A stretch of 64,000 bases of DNA, taken from Synechococcus sp. (GTDB taxonomy: Bacteria > Cyanobacteriota > Cyanobacteriia > PCC-6307 > Cyanobiaceae). The DNA lies in contig JBJBDC010000001.1 in the NCBI GenBank assembly GCA_047285535.1, forward strand, positions 1,824,136 through 1,888,135. Reading direction: 5' to 3'. The notes beneath the pieces were generated by a model that was not told the DNA's origin, did no database searches, and was given only the letters and a program-made list of their open reading frames with translations. Below are positions 28,780-41,545 of the stretch, one piece after another. How positions within the stretch are numbered: the stretch's first letter is position 1; every line of letters begins with the position of its first letter. The position numbers and the translations under genes are program-made.

Positions 28780-29345
28780 GGCCAACGTCGTTGAGCCCAA
28801 GGTTTCAGATCTCGACCTGTGAGGACCCAGATCAAAGATCTAATTCCGTCGCCCAATCGCTTGCCAAATTCCTCCTCTCTACACAATGGTTGACAAGCGA
28901 CTGGTACACCCGTGAGACGAATTCCACGGCTCCCGGCCACGAGTCGTCCCACCGTCATGGCGCGTGGCAAATGATCTTCACTGGTTACCAGTAACAGGTG
29001 GCGTACACCCTCGCGTTTCAGATCATCCACCAGTGAAGTGAAATTACTAAAGGTGTCGTTCGCCCTGTAATCGAGCACAACCCGGCTCTGGTCCATCCCA
29101 GCATCACGTACAAGCCATTGGGCATACTCCGGATTACTTCCACCACTCACCACCAAAGGGAGAGCCAGCTGCTGCGCTAAACGCAACCCAACTCGCTCGC
29201 GATCGAGGTCTCCTCCCAGCACAAGAATGCGTTGAGGAGACTGAGCTGTCGTCAGAGCCTGACGGAAAGGCCTTAAGGGACCGATAGCAATCGCCCAAGT
29301 CAAAGCAGCAAGAATCAGAATCGTGGAACGCCAACCTGTTGCCAT
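28758..29345 (-). CDS. YdcF/DUF218-family protein
   Basis: LVLGG, VSGG, A-x-DT-x-x-N, VTSEDHLPRA; start taken at the ATG 29345 that overlaps the tsaB stop. Confidence 0.85.
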   Translation of the reverse strand: MATGWRSTILILAALTWAIAIGPLRPFRQALTTAQSPQRILVLGGDLDRERVGLRLAQQLALPLVVSGGSNPEYAQWLVRDAGMDQSRVVLDYRANDTFSNFTSLVDDLKREGVRHLLLVTSEDHLPRAMTVGRLVAGSRGIRLTGVPVACQPLCREEEFGKRLGDGIRSLIWVLTGRDLKPWAQRRWPQWLWSP

Positions 29346-29968
29346 CAAATTGGCCCCACTGGAGAAGTGGGGTAGATCGGCAGCACCTGCTCCCAAGGCC
29401 CTGGTCTGCTCTCTTGCTCCCAATAAACACAACGCTCCAACAGATGCTGAACATCGGATTCAACATCCAGCACCATCTCCAAAGCGGGAATGGGCTGCTC
29501 GTCATCTCTGAGCAATCGAGGACATTCCAACTCTTCCACAGGCACGGGACCTGACAGCAGGCGATAGCGACCAGCCACTCGACCACGGCGGGGAAGGGTC
29601 TGAACGATGGAGAAGGGCTCCCGAACCTGACTCAACGGCAAAGTGACAGAAAGCCTTTGCGCCATCAAAGCGAAGCTGCTTTCCCCGTGCAAAGGACATC
29701 TCAACTGTTGAGCCAAGGTGCGGGCCATCACCACGGTCAGTCGCGTTCCCGTGAAGCCTCCTGGCCCTGTACTGACAGCCAAACGACAAATCGAAGTCCA
29801 TTCCGATCTTGGGAGCAATTCCTCAACCGTTGAAATCAACCCATTGGTGAGCTGACGTCCCATGGAGCGACACAAAGTTCGATCTCCCCCTGCGGGGTCC
29901 TCAGCGTCACGAAGGGCAAGGCCAAGAGTCTCAGTGGAACTATGCATGGCCAGCAACCAACGACTCAT
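29345..29968 (-). CDS. tsaB: tRNA threonylcarbamoyladenosine biosynthesis protein TsaB
   Basis: AVSTGPGGFTGTR motif. Confidence 0.9.
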   Translation of the reverse strand: MSRWLLAMHSSTETLGLALRDAEDPAGGDRTLCRSMGRQLTNGLISTVEELLPRSEWTSICRLAVSTGPGGFTGTRLTVVMARTLAQQLRCPLHGESSFALMAQRLSVTLPLSQVREPFSIVQTLPRRGRVAGRYRLLSGPVPVEELECPRLLRDDEQPIPALEMVLDVESDVQHLLERCVYWEQESRPGPWEQVLPIYPTSPVGPI

Positions 29969-30216
29969 CTGGGCAGCTCCTGCTCAGGGCACAATCGCCG
30001 CCAGCGTCCGTAATCAGCCTCAAAGCTGGAGCAAGCTCGCACATCCCACTCCACACCAACTCCACCCCCACTGAGGTCATGAAGACTGATATGAATGCGT
30101 GGATCTCGGGGACTCACGTCGGGCTTCTCCGTGAGATGAGCCACACCATGCTGTCGTTCCACCGCGTGATAGGCCTGACAACGATCCACCCAGCGGCAAT
30201 CCACGCAGATGCACAT
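29965..30216 (-). CDS. ycf34: Ycf34-family protein
   Basis: MCICVDC..VDRC..YHAVE.QH...EWDV.AC; start taken at ATG 30216. Confidence 0.9.
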   Translation of the reverse strand: MCICVDCRWVDRCQAYHAVERQHGVAHLTEKPDVSPRDPRIHISLHDLSGGGVGVEWDVRACSSFEADYGRWRRLCPEQELPR

Positions 30217-31426
30217 GCACCCCACCTCTGCAGAGGGCTCCATTCTGGAGGGGGATGCCTGCAAAATGGCACATCAACTCTGGACAAGGCTGCAGCCGCA
30301 ACATTGGCCAATACCTCTGAATCGCCTCCCTGCTGAGACAGTGCTGGTAGGAGGAGCAGTGCGAGACGGATTGCTCAACCGCTTGCCGGAGCATCCAGAT
30401 CTCGACATGGTTGTTCCAGAGGATGCGCGGAAACACGCTCGCAAGCTCGCTCAAGAGTTCGGAGGCGCTTTCGTGGTTTTAGATCAAGACCGAGACATAG
30501 CCCGATTGGTCCTGAAGGGATGGACCATCGATCTCGCGAGACAAGACGGTCAGGACCTCACGGCTGATCTCATGCATCGGGATTATCGAATCAACGCGAT
30601 TGCCCTGACGCTTTGCAACGAGCCAAGGTTGTTGGACCCCAGCGGAGGCGTGGCAGATCTTCGTGATGGACGAATCACTGCCATTCATGAGCAAAACCTG
30701 CTGGATGATCCTTTGCGGCTTTTGAGAGCCCTCAGACTGGCCGCGGAACTCTCGATGACCATTGATGACAACACGCTTGAAATGATTTCACGCCATCGGG
30801 GCCTATTGCCCATGGTCTCACCAGAAAGAATTCAGGCTGAATTGTTGAAGCTTGTTAAAGCCAACAATGCCGATGAAGCCATCAGCTTGCTGCATGCCTT
30901 GAAATTGATCGCCCCATGGGCTTCCAACAAGCCGCAAAGGATCTTTAACAGTGAGGCTTTAACGACAGAAGAACAACAGCTCGCCTTGCCCCTAGCCCGA
31001 TTAACGGAATTACTCACGGATCAAGGGGTCGTCGACTTGCGATTCAGCCGAAAGCAAATTCAGCGCTGCATGCGCCTACGAACGTGGTGGATGTGTGATC
31101 AAAAACAAAGCGTTCACACCCTGACGGAGCAGGAACGATTAAAGCTTCATCAAGAGCTTGAAAAGGATCTACCTGCCTTCATTTTGGCTTGGCCATTAGA
31201 GCTTCAGAGGCAATGGCTCAGTCGCTGGCGAGATCACAAGGACACCCTGTTTCATCCCAGTTCACCACTCAATGGGCGGACATTACAAGATGAGTTTGGT
31301 TTGCGTCCAGGGCCCCAACTGGGGGAGCTGATTCACCACCTCTGCCTTGAGCGAGCCTTTGGTCGGATTGGCAGCAAAAACGATGCCATTCAGTCTGTAC
31401 GCGCTTGGATCAACAAGCCGCTGTGA
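30209..31426 (+). CDS. CCA-adding/poly(A) polymerase-family tRNA nucleotidyltransferase
   Basis: LVGGAVRD, DLD, RDYRINAIA, DDPLRLLRA, SPERI. Confidence 0.9.
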   Translation: MHMHPTSAEGSILEGDACKMAHQLWTRLQPQHWPIPLNRLPAETVLVGGAVRDGLLNRLPEHPDLDMVVPEDARKHARKLAQEFGGAFVVLDQDRDIARLVLKGWTIDLARQDGQDLTADLMHRDYRINAIALTLCNEPRLLDPSGGVADLRDGRITAIHEQNLLDDPLRLLRALRLAAELSMTIDDNTLEMISRHRGLLPMVSPERIQAELLKLVKANNADEAISLLHALKLIAPWASNKPQRIFNSEALTTEEQQLALPLARLTELLTDQGVVDLRFSRKQIQRCMRLRTWWMCDQKQSVHTLTEQERLKLHQELEKDLPAFILAWPLELQRQWLSRWRDHKDTLFHPSSPLNGRTLQDEFGLRPGPQLGELIHHLCLERAFGRIGSKNDAIQSVRAWINKPL

Positions 31427-31497
31427 TTAACTAACTTGCCTCTAGCGACAGTGATCGGCCTAACAGGCAGTTTTCTTCCCTTTCTCCCTCCCGTTTC

Positions 31498-31926
31498 ATG
31501 AGCGTGCGTCTTTACATCGGCAACCTGCCGCAAACATTCGAAGCCAAAGAGTTGGAATCCCAGCTCACAAGCGTGGGGGAGGGAATCCGATTCAAAACAG
31601 TGCTTGACCGAGACACTGGCGCATGCCGGGGGTTTGGCTTCGCCAATGTCGACGACGAAAAAGTTGCTGACGCCCTGATCGAGCAATTCAACGGCAAGGA
31701 ATTCAACGGCAAGACCCTGCGGGTGGAGCGCTCCGAAAGACGCGACAGCAACTCTGGTGGTGGTGGTCGTCGCGGAGGTGCTGGCAATGCCCCAGGATCG
31801 GCCCGCAAGGCAGTCAACAAGGTTGTGCATAGCGATGCCAAAGCTGAGGCAGCTCCAGATCCTCGCTGGGCCGGGGAATTATCCAAGCTCAAAGATTTAC
31901 TTGCAGATCAAAAAACAACCGTCTGA
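31498..31926 (+). CDS. RRM RNA-binding protein (Rbp family)
   Basis: RNP2 LYIGNL, RNP1 RGFGF, C-terminal PDPRWA. Confidence 0.92.
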   Translation: MSVRLYIGNLPQTFEAKELESQLTSVGEGIRFKTVLDRDTGACRGFGFANVDDEKVADALIEQFNGKEFNGKTLRVERSERRDSNSGGGGRRGGAGNAPGSARKAVNKVVHSDAKAEAAPDPRWAGELSKLKDLLADQKTTV

Positions 31927-31951
31927 ATCATGGTGTTGACTTTGTGATCAC

Positions 31952-32860
31952 TTAGCGCGACTGAGCGATCACAAAGCATCTCGGCAGTTCAAGAAATTTT
32001 CCTAGCTTTCCCACAAACGCACGTCGATTAAAAACGTCGTAATTGTTGCGTTCAATCGCATTAAGGATTCCCCTATAAAGACGCAAAGAGGTCCAAACAG
32101 GCCAACGTGCATCTGCTGACAACCAGCGGACACCTGCTTCTGAGCGTACAAACCATTCTCTGGCACGGGCCAACTGAAAGGTCATCAGCTCAATCCATTC
32201 GTCAGTCATTTTTCCAGCCATAAGATCATCTTCACTAACTCCAAAATGGCGAAGATCTTCTTGTGGAAGATATATGCGACCTCGCATGCGATCTTCTCCT
32301 ACATCACGAAGGATATTGGTGAGCTGATTTGCAATTCCCAAGGCAACGGCGGCATCTGAAGGATCAGGACAAGCACTCCACGGGGCTGAAGTGTAAGCCT
32401 GATCCACTCCCATCACACCCTGGGTCATCAAGCCGACAGTTCCAGCGACGCGATAGCAATACAGCTTCAAGTCCTCAAATGTCGGGTAGCGCATCCAGGA
32501 AAGATCCATGCGCTGACCTTCAATCATGTCCAAGTAAGGCTGAATGCTCTGAGGAAATCGCTGCAAAGTATCGAGCATCACAGCATCAAGATCGTCTGAG
32601 ACATGACCATTAAAAAGTGCCCTGGTTTTGTCTTCCCAACGATCCAAACGTTCTGCGAGTTCGGCCACTGGGCGCGCCTGAGCCTCTGCACTATCCATCA
32701 GTTCATCAGTTCGCCTACACCAGACGTAAATGGCCCAAATCGCGCGACGTTTATGCAATGGGAGCAGCAAAGTGCCTAAATAAAATGTCTTAGCCCACTC
32801 GGCCGTCTCAGAACGACAAGCCTCAAAGGCTGCGTCGAGATCCGAAGCTGTGAGGGTCAT
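31952..32860 (-). CDS. crtB: Phytoene synthase
   Basis: YVWCRRTDELMD, YCYRVAGTVG, NQLTNILRDVGED. Confidence 0.97.
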   Translation of the reverse strand: MTLTASDLDAAFEACRSETAEWAKTFYLGTLLLPLHKRRAIWAIYVWCRRTDELMDSAEAQARPVAELAERLDRWEDKTRALFNGHVSDDLDAVMLDTLQRFPQSIQPYLDMIEGQRMDLSWMRYPTFEDLKLYCYRVAGTVGLMTQGVMGVDQAYTSAPWSACPDPSDAAVALGIANQLTNILRDVGEDRMRGRIYLPQEDLRHFGVSEDDLMAGKMTDEWIELMTFQLARAREWFVRSEAGVRWLSADARWPVWTSLRLYRGILNAIERNNYDVFNRRAFVGKLGKFLELPRCFVIAQSR

Positions 32861-32863
32861 GAC

Positions 32864-34309
<1,446 letters not shown>

Positions 34310-34389
34310 TTAAAAGGAGCAATGCCCTGTTCGCTTCCTAAAGTCATCATCAACCGCAAGCGCGGTGTCCTTACCGCAATGCAAGCCCC

Positions 34390-34737
34390 ATGGCCGACAC
34401 CCTGCTGAAGAGCACCACGCGCCACGTGCGCCTGTTCACTGCACGAGTGGACGACGGGAGACTCGTTCCAGACCCAAAGCAGCTCACTCTCGACCTGGAT
34501 CCCGACAATGAATTCATCTGGACCGATAGCTGCCTCAAGACTGTTCAGGAACGCTTCCGTGAACTCGTTGATGCTTATGCAGGCCAGCCTCTGAACGACT
34601 ACAACTTGCGCCGCATCGGTTCAGAACTAGAAGGAAGCATCCGGCAGCTGCTACAGGCTGGCCAGCTGAGCTACAACCCAGACTGCCGAGTCCTGAATTA
34701 CTCCATGGGTCTGCCCCGTACCCCTGAACTGCTGTGA
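34390..34737 (+). CDS. ndhM: NDH-1 subunit M
   Basis: [13 protein letters not shown]...LDLDPDNEF...YNLRRIGS. Confidence 0.95.
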   Translation: MADTLLKSTTRHVRLFTARVDDGRLVPDPKQLTLDLDPDNEFIWTDSCLKTVQERFRELVDAYAGQPLNDYNLRRIGSELEGSIRQLLQAGQLSYNPDCRVLNYSMGLPRTPELL

Positions 34738-35336
34738 GCCGATCCCCTTACGACCGCCCACGAGCGAGAAATCAACGGCGTCCTGATCAGCGAAGGGGAA
34801 ATCGTTACAGCCCCCCTCCCCCCAGCAACAATGATGGGGGAACAGGGGGCCCTCGTTTCAACACCACCAGGATTGCAGTCCTCGCAGGGGTATTGATCGT
34901 GGGAATCGGAATCGGAAGTGCCGTGACCAGTACCACCCAGGGAGATCAAGGGAACATCGCCAGCAGTCAGCAGTTGGATATGGCGGTCCCTGATCCGGAG
35001 TTCTGCAGGCAGTGGGGAGCCAGCGCTTTCGTGATGGATGTTGAGATGTACACCACGCTCAACCCATCCAGCAGTTTTGTCACTCAGCCGACCTTGCAGC
35101 CAGGCTGCGTCATCAGAAGAGAAAACTGGGCCGTATTGCGCAAAGAAGGGGCTATCACCGCTGCTCAGGAAAGACAATGCAAGCAAAGGATGAATACTTT
35201 TGCTTACATCGGGTCAGTGAGAGACAAACCGGTCGTCCGGTGTGTCTACCAGACAGACATCTCTCAAAACAAGTTTCTGACGCGAGGGGTTGCAGACGAC
35301 ACTGTAGGGATCACACCTGAGGCTGATCAGTTTTAG
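34734..35336 (+). CDS. DUF3172-family cyanobacterial membrane protein
   Basis: Single TM helix, PDPEFC..WGASA, QP.LQPGCV. Confidence 0.8.
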   Translation: MSRSPYDRPRARNQRRPDQRRGNRYSPPPPSNNDGGTGGPRFNTTRIAVLAGVLIVGIGIGSAVTSTTQGDQGNIASSQQLDMAVPDPEFCRQWGASAFVMDVEMYTTLNPSSSFVTQPTLQPGCVIRRENWAVLRKEGAITAAQERQCKQRMNTFAYIGSVRDKPVVRCVYQTDISQNKFLTRGVADDTVGITPEADQF

Positions 35337-36328
35337 GTGACATCAAGATCTGTGGTTACGGGATCCGCGCCCGAAACCGCAGATCGTTGCTGACGAAGTG
35401 GACTGTCTGCACTGGCGAATACAGGTAAAACATCACGTCGGAATGCTTCTGCAGCGCGTGAGCAATAGCGGGCAGGATGAGTGATCAGTCTTAGTTGTCG
35501 CCGCACTTGAAGACCAGCCACCGATGGCTTGTGCAAACTTCCAGCAGTCAGCTCCCTCTCAATCGAAACCACGGGCAGGAAGGCGGCACCCAAACCGGAT
35601 TGAACAGCATTTTTAATCGCCTCTAAAGAATTGAGCTCCATCTCAATGCGCAACCTCTGCACATCCAACCCTGAACGAGCCAAGAGCTGGTCGACCATTT
35701 TTCGAGTTGTTGACTGAGCATCCAAACACACAAACCCCAGTCGATAGAGATCCTCCTTGCTGAGTTCTGGAAGCCTGGCAAGGGGATGCTTCACAGGCAG
35801 CACCAATGCCAATTCATCGCTCGCATAAGGAACAACCTGCAGCAACTCGTTCAACTCTGTTGGTAATTCACCGCCGATGATTGCCAAGTCGATCTGACCA
35901 TTGGCCACGCTCCAGCCAGTTCGCCTTGTGCTGTGGACATGCAGCTGAACAGCGACATCTGGAAATTTTTGCCGAAACAGGCCAATCATTCTCGGCATCA
36001 AATAAGTACCAGTGGTCTGGCTAGCGCCGACGACCAGAGAGCCTCCCTTGAGGTTGTGCAGATCATCTAATGCTCGGCAAGCCTCATGACACTGGCTAAG
36101 AATTCGATCGCAATAGCTCAGCAACAAATGACCGGCTTCCGTCAGCTGCGCTTTACGGCCGCCACGATCAAACAGGGACACCTCAAGCTGCTTTTCCAGA
36201 TTCTGAATCTGCAAACTGACAGCTGGCTGAGTGACATAAAGACTGTCGGCTGCTTTTTTGAAGCTGCCCTCGCTGACTATGGCGCGAAGGATACGCAGCT
36301 GATCCAATGTGAAAGGAAGATCAGCCAT
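35333..36328 (-). CDS. rbcR: LysR-family regulator (RbcR/Ycf30)
   Basis: [14 protein letters not shown]...[18 protein letters not shown]; start taken at ATG 36328. Confidence 0.88.
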   Translation of the reverse strand: MADLPFTLDQLRILRAIVSEGSFKKAADSLYVTQPAVSLQIQNLEKQLEVSLFDRGGRKAQLTEAGHLLLSYCDRILSQCHEACRALDDLHNLKGGSLVVGASQTTGTYLMPRMIGLFRQKFPDVAVQLHVHSTRRTGWSVANGQIDLAIIGGELPTELNELLQVVPYASDELALVLPVKHPLARLPELSKEDLYRLGFVCLDAQSTTRKMVDQLLARSGLDVQRLRIEMELNSLEAIKNAVQSGLGAAFLPVVSIERELTAGSLHKPSVAGLQVRRQLRLITHPARYCSRAAEAFRRDVLPVFASADSPLRQQRSAVSGADPVTTDLDVT

Positions 36329-36421
36329 AGGCGACAGCCGACCCGGCAGGGATAGCTCGAAAACTGTAGATGGGGGGATCCCGCCGACCGTCAGAATCAC
36401 TTTCTACGCAGCAACTCTTTA

Positions 36422-37165
36422 GTGGAGCTCCTAAGTAGTGAAAGGCATCACTCCAGCATCATGATGCTCCTGCTGCTCTTGGCCTTCGCCGTCATCCATA
36501 GCGGTGGGGCGGCCCTGAGAAGTCGAGCGGAGGCCAGAATTGGAGCCAGAGCCTGGCGAGTGCTGTTTGCCGGGTTAAGTATTCCCTCAGCGATAGTCGT
36601 CATTGGATACTTCCTTGCCCATCGTTATGACGGCGTCAGGCTCTGGAATGTTCAAGGCGTTGAAGGAGTGGTTCCCGTGATCTGGGTACTCACAGCGATC
36701 AGCTTCCTTTTCCTGTATCCAGCCACCTACAACCTGCTCGAAATCCCCGCTGTCTACAAACCGCAGGTCCGTCTCTATGCCACTGGCATCATCCGCATTA
36801 GCCGTCACCCGCAAGCCGTTGGACAAATCCTCTGGTGCTTTAGCCATGCCCTTTGGATCGGGAGCAGCTTCATGATCGCGACCTGCATGGGTCTGATTGG
36901 GCATCACCTATTCGCCGTTTGGCATGGAGACCGACGCTTGCAGGCTCGGTTTGGTGATGACTTTGCAAAGCTGAAACAAAGTACTTCTGTGCTGCCTTTT
37001 GCCGCTGTTCTGGATGGTCGTCAGACTCTGAGCTGGAAAGAGATGCTGCGACCGGCTCAACTGGGGATCGCGATTGCCATCGGTGTTTTTTGGTGGGCTC
37101 ATCGCTTCATTCCATTGGGAGGAATCGCGTTCCTTCACTCACCTCTTGAGGGGCTTTTGAGCTGA
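36422..37165 (+). CDS. NnrU-family membrane protein (15-cis-zeta-carotene isomerase, Z-ISO-like)
   Basis: HSGGA, HRYDG, FLYPATYNLLEI, GIIRISRHPQ, HGDRRL. Confidence 0.85.
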   Translation: MELLSSERHHSSIMMLLLLLAFAVIHSGGAALRSRAEARIGARAWRVLFAGLSIPSAIVVIGYFLAHRYDGVRLWNVQGVEGVVPVIWVLTAISFLFLYPATYNLLEIPAVYKPQVRLYATGIIRISRHPQAVGQILWCFSHALWIGSSFMIATCMGLIGHHLFAVWHGDRRLQARFGDDFAKLKQSTSVLPFAAVLDGRQTLSWKEMLRPAQLGIAIAIGVFWWAHRFIPLGGIAFLHSPLEGLLS

Positions 37166-37199
37166 GCTGCCTACACTCCAATCACTCTGCTGCCCTCGG

Positions 37200-39203
37200 A
37201 TGCCTTCGGCTGCCGATTTTGCCTGGTTGATCCCAATCCTCCCATTGGTTGGAGCAGTGATCACAGGCCTAGGTCTGATTAGCTTCAATCGCACCATGAA
37301 TCGGTTGAAGAAACCGGTTGCCTTACTGCTCATCAGCTGCATCGGAGCAGCGGCAGTCATCAGTTATGCCGTGCTTTTCGAGCAATTGGGCGGAGCCCCA
37401 CCCGTTGAGCATCTTTTTATCTGGGCCAGTGCTGGTGACTTCCGTCTTCCGATGGGTTACGTCGTCGACCCTCTAGCAGCAGTCATGCTCGCCCTCGTCA
37501 CCACAGTGGCATTGCTGGTGATGATTTATTCCCATGGCTACATGGCTCACGACAAGGGCTATGTGCGCTTCTTTACTTATCTAGCCATCTTCAGCAGTTC
37601 CATGCTTGGGCTCGTTGTGAGCCCAAACCTTCTCGAAATTTATGTGTTCTGGGAACTGGTGGGGATGGCCTCGTATCTCTTGGTGGGCTTCTGGTACGAC
37701 CGTGAAGGCGCAGCTCATGCTGCCCAGAAGGCATTTGTTGTGAATCGAGTTGGAGATTTCGGATTGCTTCTAGGCATCCTTGGGCTCTATTGGGCCACTG
37801 GGAGCTTTGGATTCCAAGGCATTGCTGATGGATTATCAGCAGCAGTCTCCAGCGGCGTTGTTCCGGGATGGGCCGCGCTTGCGCTCTGCCTCTTTGTGTT
37901 CATGGGTCCAATGGCCAAGTCCGCTCAATTTCCACTCCACGTTTGGCTTCCTGATGCCATGGAAGGACCGACACCCATCTCTGCTTTGATCCATGCGGCC
38001 ACGATGGTGGCCGCAGGCGTATTCCTTGTTGCCCGGCTGGAACCGCTCTACAGCCAGTTCCCGACAGTTGGCACCTTCATCGCCGTGATCGGAACGATCA
38101 CCTGTTTCTTGGGAGCCTCCATCGCTCTCACCCAGATGGATCTCAAAAAGGGGCTTGCTTACAGCACCGTTTCTCAGTTGGGCTACATGATGCTGGCCAT
38201 GGGCTGCGGAGCTCCTGTTGCTGGCATGTTCCATTTAGTCACTCATGCCTTCTTCAAGGCGATGCTGTTCCTTGGATCTGGCTCGGTGATCCATGCCATG
38301 GAAGAGGTCGTTGGCCACGAACCTGTTCTCGCCCAAGACATGCGACTGATGGGTGGACTTCGCCAAAAGATGCCGATCACGGCCATCACCTTTTTGATCG
38401 GCTGTGTTGCCATTAGCGGCATCCCACCCCTTGCTGGCTTCTGGAGCAAAGACGAGATTCTCGGTCAAGCCTTCAACAGCTACCCCCTCCTCTGGGCTGT
38501 TGGATTTGCCACTGCGGGGATGACTGCCTTTTATATGTTCCGCCTCTACTTCCTCACCTTTGAAGGGGAATTTCGCGGCGATAAGAAGGAACTACAGCAA
38601 CAACTCCTCGAAGCAGCAGGAAAGAACGCGGATGACGGTCATGATCACCATGCCTCAGGGGTTGTTCATGAGTCACCGTGGTCGATGACACTGCCATTGG
38701 CGATTCTCGCTGTACCCTCCGCTGTCATTGGTCTCTTGGGCACGCCCTGGAACAGTCGTTTTGCTGGACTTCTGAATCCGGAAGAAGCAGCTGAAATGGC
38801 CGAACATTTCAGCTGGTGGGAATTCCTTCCCCTCGCTGGAGCCTCAGTGGCGATCTCCTTGGCTGGCTTGACTGTTGCCGCCCTTGCCTACGCTCTTCAC
38901 CGCATCGACCTGCAAGAACGCGTCGCTGCGCGTTTCCCAAGAATTAACAGGTTCTTAGCCAATAAGTGGTATCTCGATGCCATCAACGAAAAATTATTCG
39001 TTCGAAGCAGCCGCAAGTTGGCACGTGAAGTGCTGGAAGTGGATGCAAAAGTTGTGGATGGAGTGGTGAACCTCACAGGTCTCCTCACCCTTGGCAGCGG
39101 TGAAGGTCTCAAATATTTTGAGACCGGACGAGCCCAGTTCTATGCACTCATTGTGTTTGGTGGTGTGATTGCCATGGTTGTGCTGTTTGGCGCGCTCGGC
39201 TGA
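37200..39203 (+). CDS. ndhF: NDH-1 subunit F (NdhF1)
   Basis: KSAQFPLHVWLPDAMEGPTPISALIHAATMV, HAFFKAMLFL. Confidence 0.97.
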   Translation: MPSAADFAWLIPILPLVGAVITGLGLISFNRTMNRLKKPVALLLISCIGAAAVISYAVLFEQLGGAPPVEHLFIWASAGDFRLPMGYVVDPLAAVMLALVTTVALLVMIYSHGYMAHDKGYVRFFTYLAIFSSSMLGLVVSPNLLEIYVFWELVGMASYLLVGFWYDREGAAHAAQKAFVVNRVGDFGLLLGILGLYWATGSFGFQGIADGLSAAVSSGVVPGWAALALCLFVFMGPMAKSAQFPLHVWLPDAMEGPTPISALIHAATMVAAGVFLVARLEPLYSQFPTVGTFIAVIGTITCFLGASIALTQMDLKKGLAYSTVSQLGYMMLAMGCGAPVAGMFHLVTHAFFKAMLFLGSGSVIHAMEEVVGHEPVLAQDMRLMGGLRQKMPITAITFLIGCVAISGIPPLAGFWSKDEILGQAFNSYPLLWAVGFATAGMTAFYMFRLYFLTFEGEFRGDKKELQQQLLEAAGKNADDGHDHHASGVVHESPWSMTLPLAILAVPSAVIGLLGTPWNSRFAGLLNPEEAAEMAEHFSWWEFLPLAGASVAISLAGLTVAALAYALHRIDLQERVAARFPRINRFLANKWYLDAINEKLFVRSSRKLAREVLEVDAKVVDGVVNLTGLLTLGSGEGLKYFETGRAQFYALIVFGGVIAMVVLFGALG

Positions 39204-39320
39204 AGGGCCCATCTGATGCTTCCTGCTCAGAGCTGATGGTTATGTGTGTCAACGCCTATCGAGTGGATGCGAGTTCGTCCAACATTTCTACACTCCAACC
39301 AGTGGTGAAAGACCTGTCCC

Positions 39321-40997
39321 GTGCTCGAATTTGCCGTTAGTGCACCCTTTGATCCGGCATTCGACATTTCAGCCGGTATCGTTCCGGCCACGTTCCCATG
39401 GTTAAGCCTCTCGATCCTGTTCCCGATTGTTGGGGCCTTCATCGTTCCATTCGTACCTGACGATGGCGATGGCAAAAAAGTCCGATGGTTTGCACTCGGA
39501 ATTGCACTCACGACGTTTGTAATTACGGCAGCGGCTTATCTAAGCGGCTACGACCCCAGCTACAGCGGTCTCCAACTCTCAGAACGCGTGAGCTGGCTCC
39601 CCAATCTCGGGCTCACTTGGGCAGTCGGGGCTGATGGCTTGTCCATGCCGCTCATCCTGCTCACAAGCTTCATCACAGCTTTGGCAGTCCTGGCGGCCTG
39701 GCCTGTGACCTTTAAGCCCAAACTGTTTTTCTTTTTGATCCTGGCGATGGATGGCGGCCAAATTGCCGTCTTCGCGGTGCAAGACATGCTCCTGTTCTTT
39801 CTCGCCTGGGAACTAGAGCTGCTTCCGGTCTATCTCTTGCTAGCGATCTGGGGCGGCAAAAAACGACAGTATGCCGCCACGAAATTCATCCTCTATACGG
39901 CGGGCAGCTCACTGTTCATCCTGTTGGCCGCCTTAGCCATGGGCTTTTTTGGTGGTGGAGTCCCCAATTTCGAGTACAGCGTGATGGCTCAAAAGGGATT
40001 CAGTACTGGATTTCAGCTCATTTGTTATGCAGGATTGCTGATTGCCTTTGGTGTGAAGTTACCCATTGTTCCCCTCCACACGTGGCTACCTGATGCCCAT
40101 GGTGAAGCGACCGCGCCAGTTCATATGTTGCTGGCAGGCATTTTGCTGAAAATGGGTGGCTATGCCCTCATGCGATTTAACGCCGAAATCCTTCCCGAAG
40201 CCCATGCCCAATTCGCCCCCCTGCTGGTGGTGTTGGGCGTGGTGAACATCATCTATGCAGCACTCACCTCATTCGCTCAACGCAATCTCAAACGCAAAAT
40301 CGCTTACAGCTCCATCAGCCATATGGGGTTTGTGCTGATTGGCATTGGCAGCTTCAGCCCGCTAGGAACCAGTGGAGCCATGCTGCAAATGATTAGCCAT
40401 GGACTGATCGGCGCCAGCTTGTTCTTTCTGGTTGGTGCCACGTATGACCGCACCCATACCCTTCAGCTCGATGAAATGGGGGGCATTGGTCAAAAAATGC
40501 GCATCATGTTTGCGCTCTGGACGGTTTGCTGCCTTGCCTCCCTGGCACTCCCCGGCATGAGTGGCTTCGTGAGCGAACTGATGGTCTTTACAGGCTTTGC
40601 CACGGATGAGGCTTATACCCTCAGCTTCCGCATCGTGATTGATGGTCTAGCCGCAATTGGAGTGATTCTTACCCCGATCTATCTACTCTCAATGTTGAGA
40701 GAGATCTTCTTCGGTAAAGAGAACAGAGAACTCGTCTCTCACACCAATCTTGTGGATGCTGAGCCCAGGGAGGTCTACATCATTGGTTGTCTTCTGGTTC
40801 CAATCATCGGTATCGGACTGTATCCAAAGCTGATGACTGACAGCTACAGCAGAACGATCGAAACTCTTGTGGAGCGTGACGTCGTCGCGATGGAGAGGAT
40901 CTCGCGACCAACAGCACCATTAATCCGCAGCACTTCACTGGTGCCGGCTCAGTTCTCAGCCCCAAAACTGACGGCGAGCAACCAGCTCATCTCGTAA
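39321..40997 (+). CDS. ndhD: NDH-1 subunit D (NdhD1)
   Basis: [28 protein letters not shown]; follows ndhF. Confidence 0.97.
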   Translation: MLEFAVSAPFDPAFDISAGIVPATFPWLSLSILFPIVGAFIVPFVPDDGDGKKVRWFALGIALTTFVITAAAYLSGYDPSYSGLQLSERVSWLPNLGLTWAVGADGLSMPLILLTSFITALAVLAAWPVTFKPKLFFFLILAMDGGQIAVFAVQDMLLFFLAWELELLPVYLLLAIWGGKKRQYAATKFILYTAGSSLFILLAALAMGFFGGGVPNFEYSVMAQKGFSTGFQLICYAGLLIAFGVKLPIVPLHTWLPDAHGEATAPVHMLLAGILLKMGGYALMRFNAEILPEAHAQFAPLLVVLGVVNIIYAALTSFAQRNLKRKIAYSSISHMGFVLIGIGSFSPLGTSGAMLQMISHGLIGASLFFLVGATYDRTHTLQLDEMGGIGQKMRIMFALWTVCCLASLALPGMSGFVSELMVFTGFATDEAYTLSFRIVIDGLAAIGVILTPIYLLSMLREIFFGKENRELVSHTNLVDAEPREVYIIGCLLVPIIGIGLYPKLMTDSYSRTIETLVERDVVAMERISRPTAPLIRSTSLVPAQFSAPKLTASNQLIS

Positions 40998-41086
40998 CGA
41001 ACTTCGTCCGTTCTCGGCCTAAGCGATACAGAGCTTCAATCTCTCCTTAATTTTCAGACGCCTGCCGCAAACGTTGTTCCCCCACC

Positions 41087-41476
41087 ATGCGTCAAGTCAA
41101 CTTCAGCCTGATTTTTATCTTCGGGCTTGGCACTGTGTTTTTCACTCTGGAAAACACCAAGCCAACCACGGTCAACGTTTTGCCATGGATGCAATTCACC
41201 TTGCCTTTAGCCGCTCTTCTGCTTTTGGCAGCAGGTGTCGGCGCCGTAGCTGCATGGCTTTTTGCTAGCTGGAGCGGAATGCTGCATACCGTGGAGCGTT
41301 TGAGCAAAGCCAGTGAATTCGAAGCACAACAGGTGCGCATTCAAGAATTAGAAACCGACCTCGATCGATACCGGTCCACTGTGCAGACCCAGCTGGGTCT
41401 TCTGCCTTCAGGCAGTAGCGAATCCGAATCATCATCCGATGCCAATCCCACTGTTGATATCGATTCCAAGGTCTAA
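41087..41476 (+). CDS. LapA/DUF1049-family membrane protein
   Basis: Two TM segments, F-x-L-E-N motif, coiled-coil tail. Confidence 0.75.
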   Translation: MRQVNFSLIFIFGLGTVFFTLENTKPTTVNVLPWMQFTLPLAALLLLAAGVGAVAAWLFASWSGMLHTVERLSKASEFEAQQVRIQELETDLDRYRSTVQTQLGLLPSGSSESESSSDANPTVDIDSKV

Positions 41477-41545
41477 AGGAATAAGGAAGAGAAACACCCT
41501 TCCGCACTAGCGTCCGCCGGCTCTGACCGATACCTTGCCAGCAGA